A stretch of 62,921 bases of DNA, counting the filler, from Choristocarpus tenellus KU-1152 (taxonomy: Eukaryota > Protista > Phaeophyceae), in the NCBI GenBank assembly GCA_964200185.2. It is 10 parts of 10 records of this genome, joined end to end, with 100 filler letters (N's around TTAATTAATTAA, not from the genome) between each part and the next. Parts side by side here need not be neighbours in the genome. Positions count along the whole stretch, not along the records: positions 1 to 9,239 come from CAXNAD020003850.1; positions 9,340 to 12,557 come from CAXNAD020021461.1; positions 12,658 to 21,859 come from CAXNAD020003886.1; 7 more parts are not named here. One strand, given 5' to 3'. Shown piece by piece: positions 1 through 13,023 of this stretch. Under the pieces are notes generated by a model. It ran no database searches, was not told where the DNA came from, and saw only the letters and a program-made list of their open reading frames with translations. Both the position numbers and the translations under genes were made by a program. Within the stretch, counting starts at the first letter, position 1. Each line of letters begins with the position of its first letter.

Positions 1-57
1 ATGAAAAAAATGACCCCAAATGGACAGCTGCCACCCCCCCCCCAAATACGTTGAGCC

Positions 58-212
58 AACATCCTTGTTCCGAAGACACATTTTCATAACGTATACATTT
101 TACCTACTCCGAGATATTTTGGAGTAGAAAAATGTCATAAAACCCCCGAAAGAAACCAAGCCCCAAATGGACAAAGAGGGAAAAACTCGTACCCTCTAAG
201 ATACTTTCACAC
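58..212 (+). mobile_element. MITE family A, 3' part, interrupted by a family B end at 1-57
   Basis: Similar to 1591-1849. Confidence 0.8.
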
Positions 213-342
213 AGACCTCTACCAGTACAAAGATATCCACTCTTTTTGCCAGGAAACAGAGAACAGGGGTAATAACAAAGTAGAAATATACATAACTTTG
301 GGGACATACTTGGTACTTATTTTGTCACGACGTTCAATGTTT

Positions 343-751
343 TCAGTCAACCCCTTGGCGTTCCTTATATCCATATGCTGCTACCAATACTGCATTCTCA
401 CCCACACTTGCCGTTTCCTCCAGGAATGAAGTGCTGTCTCCTGGTTGCCTAGAACTCCCCTTGCCATCTCCGGCCTCATCTCTTGTCTGAACAACACCTA
501 GCATCTCTATAAATCCTGGAGGCTCTCCCCCAGTTAAGGCAAGGTCTACTTCAGCTACAACCTCATCCAGGGTAACCTCGGCATTCACTAAGACCACCTT
601 TGTGTTGAGCATTTCCTTGATGGCCTCTGCAGTTTTAGGGATCCATTGTGATTGTAACTCAGCATCACCTCCTATCTCACTCTCGTCCCCTGCTTGCACT
701 TCTTCCATCTGGTCTGAACATGCAGGCAGGGCCTCCTTCTCCATCTCCTGT

Positions 752-788
<37 letters not shown>

Positions 789-3238
789 TGCCGCCGCCCT
801 TCCTCCCCTCCTTCCCCTCTCNNNNNNNNNNCCCACCCACCCTCAGCCCTGGCTCCCCTGCTGGAGTCTCTACCTTCTTGACACTGATCTTCATCCCCTT
901 CAACCTCAAAATAATTTTCCATGGCAGAAGTCAACTCTCCTTGGGTATTCGCAGAGCTGGCGTTGGTCAGTCTTGCAAGAAGGGTTGCCGTGTAGGCTTG
1001 AAGACACACCACATGGGTGGGGTGTGTTGGGGCTTCTGCCACTGCCTGCGCCTCTGTATTTCTAAGGCTGGTTCTATTGGCAATGCCATCCATTTGATCT
1101 TCACTTGGTAGGGGAGAGGGAGATGGCAAGAGGAGATCAACTGCTGCATCTGGTCCAAAAGGGATACCATCGAGGATGTATCCGCTGACAAGGCAAGGGC
1201 AGTAGTAAGAAAGTGGGGATAGGGTGAGGGTAGAATGACGAGTTGTGTAGACATATTGTAGTATCTCTCTTGATGTTCATATCATCTTCAGTCCATTCCT
1301 ATGTAAGAGTCAAACCAACCGAGAGGTAGGCAAGTTGGATCCTTTCGCATTCGAAGTCACCTTTCTTACCCTGCACAATTCACTCTATTTCATTGGTCTA
1401 TGTGCACAACAGTTTACACAAATAAATTGATATTCACCCTATACACGCACAAAGTGACTCTACAATTCAGCGTATACATTTCCTGTTTTAATTATACAAA
1501 GTGACGTTTTCTTGCACTTCTCAGGATCCTTAAAGTGCAACCTTGCCAACCTCTCAATTGGTTTGGCTTGCTGTACTGTCTTGTGATTGAGAGCCAAAGT
1601 ATCTTAGAGGGTAGGGCCACGTCCATTCGGAGGCCAAAATCCAATGTTGCGATTTTGATGTAATTTTGACTATCGTTCTTGTTAGGAAGTGTGAATATCC
1701 TTTTTCCGAACACACCTTTTCATAATGCATACATCTTACCTACTCCGAAATATTTTGGATTAGGAAAATTTATTAAAAAAACCCATGGGAAGCCAAGCCC
1801 CAAGTGGACAAACAGGGCAAAACTCGTACCCTCTAAGATACTTTCACTCTGAATACCTCGATACATTGTACAGCATACCATAATAACTTGCTTTAGATCA
1901 ATTAAATAGTAGCATTTATGTCACGCTGAGTCGATTGGATGCATTCATCCCACAATGCTGCCCCAACAATCTAGTTATCCTCATTCCCTATTGGCAACAC
2001 TGGAAAAAAAACAACCCTGAATATAAGAAGGGCCCAAATTACGGTCAAGATGTTCAGCCCGTGAACCCATTCAACTTACTTTCAATGAGCTTAAAGGAGT
2101 AGCGGCAACCGTTCCATACAACAGCATTGATGCAAAAGCGATTAGCAAGCAATATCCTTGACTCTATGAAAACCCACTTTGCTATTTCTCAGTCAAAACC
2201 AAAACATGTAGTTTTCAATTTATTCCCCAAGTGTCCTCTTATCTCAGCTCTCTCCTTCCTCCTTCCTGATGATGCTAAGATAATTAGAATTATATACAAA
2301 TATGATAAACACTGAGAGTTGTGAGACACACGGTACAAAAAATAATGATAGATTGATGGAATATCTGATATGTTACATTGAGTCAAAGGGTACATTTGCT
2401 GTGCAACGAGTCAAAGTATCTTTGAGGGTAGAGCCGCGTCCATCTGCCGTCCAAAAGAGCCAAAGTATCTTAGAGAGTAGAGTCGCGTCCATTTGGGGGC
2501 CAACATCCAATGTTGATATTTTGATGTGATTTTGGCTATCGTGTTTGTTAGGAAGTGTCAATATCCTTGTTCCGGACACACCTTTCATAATGTTTACATT
2601 TTACCTATACTCCGAAACTTTTTGGAGTAGAAAAATGTCATTAAAAACCTGTAAGAAGCCAAGCCCCAAACGGACAAACAGGGAAGAACTCGTACCCTAA
2701 CCCTAAGATACTTTCACCCAACAGCATTGCTGTTTTGAAGAGAATCTACAAAATATGAGGGGTAGGAAAAATACCCTAAGAAATATATGCGGCAAATGTT
2801 AGTAAATTTTGGCATGCTGATTGGTTTGGGACGATTTGTGAAGAGTGTTGTTGGGTCAACTGTCATTGTGGATGGAGCTGGATAGGCGGGCAAAATAAAT
2901 TCCCATGTTCTCATTGATCAGCAACTTCTCCTTTGGGCTGGCCCGCACAACCCATTACCCTCAAACTATATTGCAGATTATTCTTATCACTCTCCTACTT
3001 TCTCCTGCAGTCCATGACCACAACATGACCATAAGGTGTAGTTTTTTTAAAGGACTCATAAGCACACTCTTGTAGAGGTTTTACCTCATGCCTTCCATAT
3101 ACACTGTCCCCCTTTAAAAACACGTTGGACTTCAAATATTGTCTCATGACTCCATGACTTCGCCATGGACAATCCCCTCCCTCCACATCCTTCGAGCAAT
3201 CCTACCACTTGTGGTCCAATCAAGTTCCAGTCCAATTT

Positions 3239-3271
<33 letters not shown>

Positions 3272-6200
3272 ATAAGTGCATGCATTTTTCTTTGCTACCT
3301 ACTATTAGGAGCAGGTTGCTCGTTTTTCTTGTGGCTTGACTTTTGACACATCCTCAATGCTCTTGCAAAAGTTGAGGTTTCATTTCTTCTTTTCTTTGGA
3401 TAGAAATGGATAGCAAGTACAGTATATCATGCCTGCATCCCCATGCTGGCATAGCGCTCTCTAGCAGCAGGTAGGCCATGCGAGAAGTGAGGCTAGGAGG
3501 GAGGATCTTGATCAGGGCACTCGTGTCCAAGGAAGTATAGATCTCCATTGGAATCCCTTTTTCAGCGAAGGCTACCTCCATCTCATGAAGCAAACGCTCT
3601 GGAAGTGACATGTTTTCTGTTTCTATTGCTGCCAGCTCAAGCAGTTTGTCGTTTTTTTGAGCCGCAGCTAACACAGAAAGGGGTGTGGGTAGGAACAGGT
3701 ACAGAGATGGAGAGCGGATTGAGGAAGTGAGAGGTCGAGCTGTTTTTCTGAAATAGTGACATGGGTTTCACAACGATCTTTACCTTCTGTGCCACCCTTG
3801 CTTCATTACAGAAGAAAGGGAGATCTTTATATAGATATCATCACCTCAATCCTGTAAGGGATGGAAGGAGGAGAGTAGCATATTCAAAACAGTGCTGGTG
3901 AAAGCCGCAGATCTCTGGTCAAGTACATCAACATGGAAAAGGTTGACCTTCAAGAGCATTCCTTGCACTGATCAACCCCCATGGCTGTTGTGCTCTCCCC
4001 AGAAAGAGAAACAATTACCTTTCTTGGTGTCCTTGCCCTTCTTTCCCTTGGTTGGCCCAGCAACCTTGTCTTCTATTGGTGGTGGTTCTGGCAATGACTT
4101 CCCTAGAGCAGAGAATATTCCATCGGCTGCAACCTTTGCATCCACAAAGAAAAGTTTAAACCGTCCAGCAATCTGTTGTTGTGCATGTTGTCATAGAATG
4201 GGTTTTTGGCCCATATACATGGGTTAGGGGTTGCAGAGAGGAAAACCTGTATCACAGAAGGAGAGAAAAATAGGCCACTGGAACCGAAATCATACCTATT
4301 TATGCATTTCAACATGTTCTCTCATCTGTGCATATGTGGTGTAGAGGTGGTGAAGCATAGTGCATTGCTGCTCAAGTTTGGGGAAGGCCAACTCAAGCTT
4401 GAAAGTCTCTGACCTGTGAATATTATTGTGTTTCGAGGAATGTCCATGCTTCTGGCTCATAGTATCTTGGGGGGGGGGTGGTGGCTGTCCATTTGGGGCC
4501 AATTTTTTCATCTTGCGATTTTTGTGTGATTCGGTTCCATATGTCGGATGGATTATGTAAGTGCACTTTTCCTGATCTTGGCCCAAATGGACACCCTGGT
4601 GTAGACCCCCCGCCACCACCCCCCCACCCCCCCCCCCGCCAAGNNNNNNNNNNGGGATGTATTATGTAAGTGCTCTTTTCCTGTTCTTCCCCAAAATGGA
4701 CACCCTGGGGTGCCCCCCCCCCCCCCCCCCCCCAGATACTTTGGGCCTTCTCTTTCCAAGAGAACAGACTAACCTCTCTGCATAGACAAGATTTCCCGGA
4801 TGCTGGAGGTCCCAAGACAATTGCACGAATGGGGTCCAGTCTCCTGGTTGATATATACTCGGCAGCTATTTTTCTTGATGAGGCAACGAAGCCCTGCCCC
4901 CAAGTGACAGGTACAATGCTCCCTGTGTATGCCAAGGAGAAGAGCACAGGTATCAAGAATGCAATTGAGTTGCTTCAAAGCTTGGATAGGAGACTGCAGC
5001 AGAGTTGCACACACAAAACGATTTAAAGCACTCCTAAGTTGTCATGAGGCAGGTAAGTGGGGGATATATAGAGAAGTGTGTCCAAGTTGAGGGGGTGCAT
5101 CCTGTATCTACAATGGCAGGGGTAGGGTCATTTGCAGTATGTAGACTACGTTTACTATGGAATATATATTCACAGAGTGGTGATATGTTGAGGTCGTGTC
5201 ATCAACATAACATATACCAACGTGCACCACATCAACAGCATATACTGGAGGAAGATAAAGGACCAAGATCGGTTACACTGCTCACCTTTTTTTACCATCT
5301 CTGATATTACTCCGCCTGAATTGGACAGGGGAAGATCAAATAACAGCCTAGGTGCAGAGGAGTCATCAAGCATCAACATGTCAAGATCACTGCATCCCAT
5401 CGGTTGTGTATCTCCATTCCCTCCAAACGCCTTTCCTATGGCCACAGCGACGTCCTCAAGTGTTGGTTGCCCAGAATCCCCATCCACAGCCAATATGTAA
5501 GGCTTTGGAAATGCTGGGGGGGGCACTCCCGATAAGAGACACCCGACAGAGGTGCTGAGATCTTGCACATGGACCAGTGCGAGCTGGTTGGAGCCTGACG
5601 AAGCTGTGGGGAGGAGGACTGGAGTGCCACTTCGGGCTTTGACCCAGGCTTCCCGGAACATGTGAAAGAGAAGATCCTCCCCCATACCATAAGGGATTCC
5701 TGCACTCACTACACAGGTATTAAGAAGATCAGAGTTTAAACTCAAGGTAACTGACTCTACTCGTTTGTGTTCCACGTAACCAGCGGATGGTTCTCTAAGG
5801 AGATAGTCATCCTCACAAAGAATCCGCTCAGGAAGCGGGTCGCAGGAGGAGGGACCATTTCGTCCGCGTGCACGGGGTGATAATCTGGTGTTGGCATACT
5901 GTTGTTGACGTGATCCACCAGGAGTCGAAGGTGGTGCCCGTCTCCCCAACCCAATGCCAGAGTTTCCAGTCGACACCGCTGACGGGGGTGGGCTGCGTCG
6001 CCCCACGGACATCACCGAGTTGGGGCGAGGTGGAGTGGTCACGGGTGGAGGAAGGAGGGGATGTGTCTTCGCCCACGTCATAACGGTGGATATGACAAGG
6101 AGATGACTAGGTCTACGTGTCTGTTCTTCAGAAAACTGAAGGGCGGTGAGCACAGCGTCCGCCCCTCGAACATCCTCCAAGATGCACAGGACGATGGCAT

Positions 6201-6489
6201 CCACAGAAAGGGCGAGATCGACAGTATTTTGTTCATCCTGTACATCCACTGTCTCGGATACAATTTCTTCGATATCCTCGTTATCTGCATGCCGCAGCGA
6301 ATTAATGGTTTCGTCTGGTAAGCATCAACAAGTCACAACCTATTAGTTGAGAGAACGACGATGGCATAGATAAATTGTATCACCTTCAGTACGCACTGTA
6401 CCGACCACATTGTACCCCCGGAAGCGAAGCTCGGCCGCCACGCAGGAGCCTACGAAACTACTGACAATGCTTACGAAAGCTTTCCTCAT
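343..6489 (-). CDS. AK7: Adenylate kinase 7-like (flagellar AK7 type), multi-exon; approx exons 6397-6489, 5286-~6316, 4774-4922, 4020-4172, ~3436-3668, 343-1184 (last exon spans a 10-N gap)
   Basis: N-terminus MRKAFVSIVSSFVGSCVA..YNVVGT; epimerase-like domain motifs ISTVMTWAKT, AGIPYGMGED, LVHVQDLS, YILAVD; P-loop VLGPPASGKS; later GYILDGIP and PTHVVCLQA motifs; frame-compatible splice sites. Confidence 0.85.
1307..1569 (+). mobile_element. MITE family C (~260 bp)
   Basis: TIR GAGTCAAACCAA..GAGAGGTAGGCA. Confidence 0.85.
1591..1849 (+). mobile_element. MITE family A (~260 bp), TSD TGA
   Basis: TIR GAGCCAAAGTATCTTAGAGGGTA / TACCCTCTAAGATACTTTCACTC with TGA on both sides. Confidence 0.9.
2408..2719 (+). 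mobile_element. MITE family A with duplicated left end, TSD AAC
   Basis: Two tandem left termini at 2408 and 2457. Confidence 0.85.
4454..4747 (+). mobile_element. MITE family B (poly-G/C subtermini), spans an N gap
   Basis: GGCTCATAGTATC..GATACTTTGGGCC termini. Confidence 0.8.
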
Positions 6490-6797
6490 ACCGCTGGAAC
6501 ACATCTTTCTCACGTTGGTGAAAACCCCTCATTCTCAATCATGGTCGGTTTCGTCACTGCCTTTCTAAGGTGTGCAACACCTTCCTCGCCATGTTGTCCA
6601 ACTGTGCTTTCCTTCACACTGTACAACTGTAGTGTACTTTGCTTGGTTTTCACCAATAGTAGGAAGAGAATGAATGCAAAGCTCGAGCAGCTGAGACACT
6701 AGGTGTTGAACTACAGTGGTAAGACATTGGACTTTTTACCGCGCAGCATCTGCCTGTTGCAAAGGCTGCTGACTTCCGTAGGAGTCTCCCAGTCGTA
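6490..6797. promoter_or_regulatory. Putative bidirectional promoter AK7/SGF11
   Basis: Divergent ATGs about 310 bp apart. Confidence 0.6.
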
Positions 6798-8930
6798 ATG
6801 AAGAGTCGTGAGTCGACCAATGTCGGAAAGTCGGAGGGATCAGACAACCTCCTGAAGGTGGCGCGTAAACGTCCCCGTGATGAGCTCATTACATCAGAAT
6901 CAAGTTGGCTACTCTATCCACCGGACGGGACGGTGGGTGAACTCAATGAAGTAGCCTTCTGCCCAGCTGATCGAAATGTTGTTTCCTACCGAACTGCTCT
7001 TCCCATGACCACCTGTCTAGGACGTCTCTGACCCTGTCCTACAAGTGCATACTAGGCCTTCTGTAAGGTGGTAATGCTGCAGGTTGGGATAGTGTACAAT
7101 GTTTTTCTTGCTGTGCTGACCCAACTGAACCTGCGTCCCCTCTATACATCCCTGATGGGCTGTCGAAATTACAGGGGCCGATCAATCTCCAGAAGGAGGC
7201 AGAAGCCATCTTCTCAGCCATGGAGTCTTCCGTGTGCAAGGATGTATGCTTTGAGGTACTGCGCAGGACTACTCTTGATGATAGACAGATGAAGTAATAT
7301 CCATCTTCCCTCCAGCACGCCTACGTGACCCCTTTTGCACAGTTGCTGGCTAGACCTCCTCAAGCAACTACCTCCCCCAAATGGCCCCTGTTTCTTTGTC
7401 CCTCAGCTCCACCGAGAACTGCACACTGGAGTTTTAACAACAGAGCGCTTGTATGCTGAGAAGCTGTGCCCTTCAGTCCCGAAGAGGCAGACAGGTGAGA
7501 ATGGTGACAGCCAGAGATATGGACGGAGATCCCATAGACGCATCTTGTGCCTTTGCTGTGCTTCAGTGCTATGTACTTCCCAAGAAGATGGACTATATTT
7601 TGTCTGGAATCAATCCCTCTAACATGTCACCAAGTTGCATGGATTTTGTTCCATGCTCGCCCTGTGCTTTGCAGTTGTCGTTTGTTCCGACTTCACCCTT
7701 GTTGCCTTTCACGGCTTTGCCGTCTTGGCTATGATGGGGCAAGAATGTACCATGGGACCCACATATGCTTAGGATATAGTAGGGGTTGTATAGACTCAGT
7801 TTCTGCGCATGGATGCAGTCGTCTACTCTACATGGGTCTCATTTTTCTTTTCTTTTTTTCGATCGCATTTTGGATGTTGATCAACTTAATCACACCTGCC
7901 GGTGTGCATGTTGCAGAGGATATGTAAGTTGCAGGTCTGAAGATATATACCTCTTGCTGGTGATCGATTTACTATGCTTGGTGGTTGGGCAACCATGAAT
8001 TGGGTGTATGTAGCACACCGGTGGTACAGTATGTGGGGTTCATTTTGAGTGTTTATAGACAAGCTATATGATGGAATATTTGGTCACTTTGTTCACTCCT
8101 TGCTTTAATAACCCAATAAGTCGGTCCACAGTCCTCTCTCATTGACACTGTGTAGATAGCAACATGACTTTGACGTCATGATCGTCAGTTCCCCCTACCC
8201 CCACCGAGCTTTCTCTTGCTACCCCATGCACTTTGTTTTTCGAGAATGTCTCAACTGCCTACTGAGGTAGCGTGGGTTTGGTGACAAATATTGTCCTTAG
8301 AGCAGGATTTATGACCACCAGGCAGTACAGTACAGTGTTTTGAATTTGTTTTTGAGAATGGCTTTTCCTGGCATATCGTTATTATGTCAAGAGCCTTGAC
8401 AGAAGTTTTCCAGAATTTATCCGGATTCAATGTTCATCATTGATTGTGAGTGTCCTGTTCTATTGGATGGGTTTAGCACCACAGTGCTGTGCAAAATTGC
8501 AACAAAATGGTTGCCTTTTTCTGTGCATTGTCCAGAACCAAGTTACCTTTGGGGATATATAGAGTTAGGGTTGAGCCTGTTAGTACAATTCATCCAAACC
8601 CATAACGTATTCTTGTCAAACTTTCATCTTCAGTCATCTTGGCATCAACTAACCCTGCTACCCTCGATCAAATCAGCTCTTTGTCTTTTGAGTCTTCATT
8701 TGCCAGGCCTGGATTCAGCCTTTGACATGAACAACACCCACCCCCTCCCCAATTGGTTGGCTTATGGAGGTGGGGATGTGTTCGGGAGAGTCCCCCCCCG
8801 GGAACCATCCACCAATATTACCTGCCCCAGCTGTGGCAGGACTGTAGGGGCCGCTCGATATGCACCTCACCTCGACAAATGTGCTCTGGGTGCTACCAGA
8901 GGCAGGGCAGCCAGGGGAGCCCGTAGCTCG
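6798..8930 (+). CDS. SGF11: SAGA deubiquitination module subunit Sgf11/ATXN7L3-like, 3' incomplete; exons 6798-6932, 7175-7255, 7407-7494, 8707-8930
   Basis: Helix AEAIFSAMESSVCKDVCFE|LHR and zinc finger DVFG..CPSCGRTVGAARYAPHLDKC; GT-AG sites keep frame. Confidence 0.85.
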
Positions 8931-9239
8931 GTGAGACTGGAGTGTGTTGTTGGCACTGAGGTCAAACATCCCCTATAGTGACTGTTGTTCTTTTCTTTGC
9001 TTGTGTTTAAGGGCAACTGTAGCTGACTCTCAGGGCATTATTTTTTCTCACCTCCCTGCCCTGTTGTTTTTTTTGTGTTTGTTTGGGCATGTGGTGTGCA
9101 GACATGTTCATCCTCACACCTCATCTCTAGTCACCGTTGCTAATTCTGTTGGTGAGTATGGTGGAGATGGGGGGGGGGGGGGGGGGGGGGGGGGGCGGTT
9201 CAGGATTGGGGGCTTTTTTGAAGGGGGGGGGGATTGAGC

Positions 9240-9339
9240 NNNNNNNNNNNNNNNNNNNNNNNNNNNNNNNNNNNNNNNNNNNNTTAATTAATTAANNNNN
9301 NNNNNNNNNNNNNNNNNNNNNNNNNNNNNNNNNNNNNNN
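9240..9339. other. Artificial contig linker N-TTAATTAATTAA-N (also 12558, 21860, 31434, 36127, 39115, 49510, 54818, 58384)
   Basis: Identical 100-nt spacer with stops in all six frames. Confidence 0.98.
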
Positions 9340-9569
9340 TCCAAATGGACAGACGCCACCCCCTCCCAGATACTTTGAGCCTGACTAATCAACTATCACA
9401 ACTTCCTTGGAATCCCACTCAGCCATTCAGCTTGATGCACATCCAACCACGCACTTGTACCACCAGTGTTGGTCGGTTGCCCTTGTGTTCCATTCCTCGA
9501 GTGTGATCCCAAAGTTGTCGAGGCCATCGTGGTTTCAAGTGGTACTCCTGGATGCAAAAGTATTGTTCA

Positions 9570-9745
9570 GGCTCAAAGTATCTGGGGGGGGCGGATGTCG
9601 ATTCGGGGTCCATTTTTCAATGTTGCGACTTTTTGGGTGAATTTGGTTGCATGTGTCAGATGGATAAAGTAAGTGCGCTTCTCCTGGTCAGGGCCCAAAT
9701 GGATGCCCTGGTGTAGAACCCCCCCCCCCCCCCCCCCCCCCCCCC
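9570..9745 (+). mobile_element. MITE family B lacking right TIR; another B end at 9340-9381
   Basis: Similar to 51896-52071. Confidence 0.8.
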
Positions 9746-10061
9746 CGCACTCCATCCCCCTGATGTAGGACCGTGAGCAGAGAGATGACAACCTCAAGAG
9801 CAACAGGAGAAGTCAAATCAGCTGGAACAACAGCAACGACATGCAGAGCATAGAAGCAGGTCTGTTCGTACTTCTGTACTTCTCAATACCTCATTTACTC
9901 AGCCTGATGAATGCTAATGCATGCCTTCCTCCTGTATGAAGAAGCATGTTCTATATTTCATGCTTGTTCCATACTAGGTTTGCCTGCCCGATACATATAA
10001 ATAAATATATGTGAGGATAATAGAAATAAGAAGGAAGTAGTTCAGAGTACGGGTATGTGCT

Positions 10062-10323
10062 GAGCCAAACCAATTGAGAGGTAGGCAGGTTTGGACCTTT
10101 TTGCATTTAAAGCTATTTTTTCTTACCCTGTGCAACACAAAGTATTTCAGTGGTTTATGTCCACAATAGTATACGCAAAATTGATATTCTTCCCCCTTTC
10201 CATACTCAAAGTGACGCCACAATTCAGCAAAGGCTCCTTCCACAATTGTACAAGATGCCATCTCTTTGCCCTTTCTCAGGATCCTCAAAACGCAACCCTC
10301 CCTACCTCTCATTGGTTTTGCTC
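10062..10323 (+). mobile_element. MITE family C
   Basis: TIRs and similarity to 1307-1569. Confidence 0.85.
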
Positions 10324-10883
10324 ACTAACCCTAAACCTGACAGGTGATGTGTGACCAGTAGCAATCTATTCAACTTTTTGCTTTTGGATTAGACAGGCAT
10401 GAATACATACTATCAATCACCGCGATGCTGAGGAGGGTAAGGTCGAAAATAAGCACAATATTCAATAGGACTTATCATATTTAGTCCAAAAAAAAGTAAG
10501 CTACAAGAAAAAAGTACAAGGGATTTACATAGAAACCCTACAAGGAACCTTAAATGGAAATTTCAATAAACAAATATATATATATATAATGTACATGAGG
10601 TGAATGGATGGGCACTTCATATCAGCTGCAAAAGTCATATGTGACCCATCCACCCTTACACCTCCTGTTTACTTGAGCACATCTCAGGGTTTCAACCAGA
10701 CTACAGTTCTAATGTGGTGTGATGTGTATAACATCAAAAGGTCAACTTCTTCATCTGAATGGTTGGCCTTTGTGTATTGCTGCATACATCATCCTCCCCA
10801 CCTCTCCAACCAAATCTACCACTAACATCAAAACCACAACTGACTCCATCCATGGCCCCTGAGAGTCCATACTTCACTCAGCA

Positions 10884-11403
10884 CATGGCAAATAAAAGCA
10901 CAACTATCCCTGAAATCCAACACCTCAAAGAGGGGGTATCCTACAGTATGTCCTCCCCTCCCCACTCTGCTTTTCCACGAAGAACAGACTATTGGTTGTA
11001 CAGTGCAACTCACATACACTCGAAGGGTGCACTTCAGTGGTAAATAGGTTCCAAAAGAGGTTGTCCGCCCATAAGGGGCATATAAGGCCAATCTATATAT
11101 GCGCCATGGGGTGGCAATCAGGGTAGGTAGGGAAGAGGAGTTCACAGGTCTCGCTTTGGCACTCCCACCTCTACTTCAAATTCAATGAGAACGGAACCTT
11201 GACCAACTAACTGTTCTCCAATCGTACAGCATACAAGTATACCAACAAAAAAAACACATGATGCAACAGCGCTTGCGCCCACTCCAAAAAAAGTACTAGC
11301 ATAGAGTAAGATAACCCAAACAAACACTATTCCCACAGAATGGGAATACTGTCCGGATCAATAGTTTTCAACCAAGAGTACAGAACCTGAGGGTACATGC
11401 ACC
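10884..11403 (-). CDS. Possible 3' exons of an unidentified gene (CMYPQVLYSWLKTIDPDSIPI / IGLICPLWADNLFWNLFTTEVHPSS / DTPSLRCWISGIVVLLFAMC*)
   Basis: Short open segments bounded by AG/GT; no family recognised and joins not fully verified. Confidence 0.25.
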
Positions 11404-12657
11404 TAGGATATGATTGGAGTTATCCATAATTGACAAAGGATACAAAAGCTAGGCAACCAAGGGAGAACGGCAGACATGAAAAAACACGACAATGGGGTTG
11501 GGTGGTGTAGTCCCAAGCTGACCCATTGTCCCACCTTGGTGGCCAGCAGCACACTTCAACAGGCTTCACCTAATTCTTGAAGTCCCTCTTCCTACCCATC
11601 TTTTGTAGATAGAGATTAACTACCGGTAACCATGCAGTGGAGGTAGAGGTATTCCCTTCCCTTTCTGCCACCATTCTATTTCCAACCATATTGTTTTCTT
11701 TTTTTATAATCATAACCTCAACAAAAAAATAGATATTCATGCACACACACGCGCGCGCGCGCGCACACACACACACAAACACACACACACATGCACATCA
11801 TGAACAAAAATAATTTGAATACACCCAAATACACGCCAACAAATGTGTGACAAAGAGGGATCACCGTCAAGATGATCTCAGGGGGAGGGGAGAGAGCGCT
11901 GCCAACCTCAAGGTACAGCATCAGTTCAAGGGCAAATGAGAAAACTGGTCAACATAACAGCTTAACCTCAATAGGTTGTTCTCCAAGGCTGTCAACAGTT
12001 ACCTCTCCAAATCCATTACCCTCCCCAAAGTCTATCCCTATGCACACATTACACCCAGCACCATGTATGACACTGCTGAGGTTTCACTATCCATACCTCA
12101 GTGCTGAAGTGAACCATACAAGCCAGTAGCAGGGCAATAACCAAATGAGCAACACAAAACCCAATCAATTGACAATCACAGGTACAGCCAACCCCCCAGT
12201 TTCACCCTAACTTTCACTTCAGAGTCTCACTGGCACCAGACCCTTCTAAGTCAGCAAAGAGTTCCCCCTGCCCTACCTTTCTCTTCCCACCCAGGGTGTA
12301 TAGTTACATCTTCAGCAGCAGATGTGTCTAGGGAGAGAACCTAGGTTTGCAATTCAGGGGTGGTGGAGGCATTCAGATGGTTGAAAGCTGCTGGCCTTTC
12401 CATGCACAAGAAAACAGTCCTTAGAGGAGTGTTGCTCCAAGAAAAAAACTGATCCTCTGCACTCAAAACACACAAACAAGTACAACATCAACTTTTGTAT
12501 CAACACCAGTACAAAAGAACAGCAACAGAGAGAACCAAAGGCCATGGGGTGGGGGGGNNNNNNNNNNNNNNNNNNNNNNNNNNNNNNNNNNNNNNNNNNN
12601 NTTAATTAATTAANNNNNNNNNNNNNNNNNNNNNNNNNNNNNNNNNNNNNNNNNNNN

Positions 12658-12986
12658 ACCGCCCCGCTAGCCAGTAACGTACCACCCCCAATCCCAGCCA
12701 GGTGGCCAGCAAAGCTGCCAGAGAGGTAGACATGAGGGGTGGGGGGGGGGCAGAGGGTGATGGTCTTAACATGGCAGGGACGGACCAGGAGGACAAGGAC
12801 TAGTTCCCGGAAAGGACTACTAGGCAGGTGGGAATAAGGGAGGGTGAATTTGTGCCAATAATCACAACAAAAGTTGAGGGCAAATACATTTCATTGGTTC
12901 GAGAGTGGCGGGCTAGTTAGTCTACCAATCAAAACGTTGCTATGCTATTTGTATCACTAACCCTAACATTAACCCTCAATCATAAA

Positions 12987-13023
<37 letters not shown>

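Noticed and set aside
822-831. Apparent frameshift in the AK7 last exon
   Set aside because: Caused by a fixed-length N gap and poly-C length error, not evidence of recoding
602-1111. Poly-Pro ORFs on the + strand
   Set aside because: Antisense shadows of the AK7 exon over an unreliable homopolymer next to a gap
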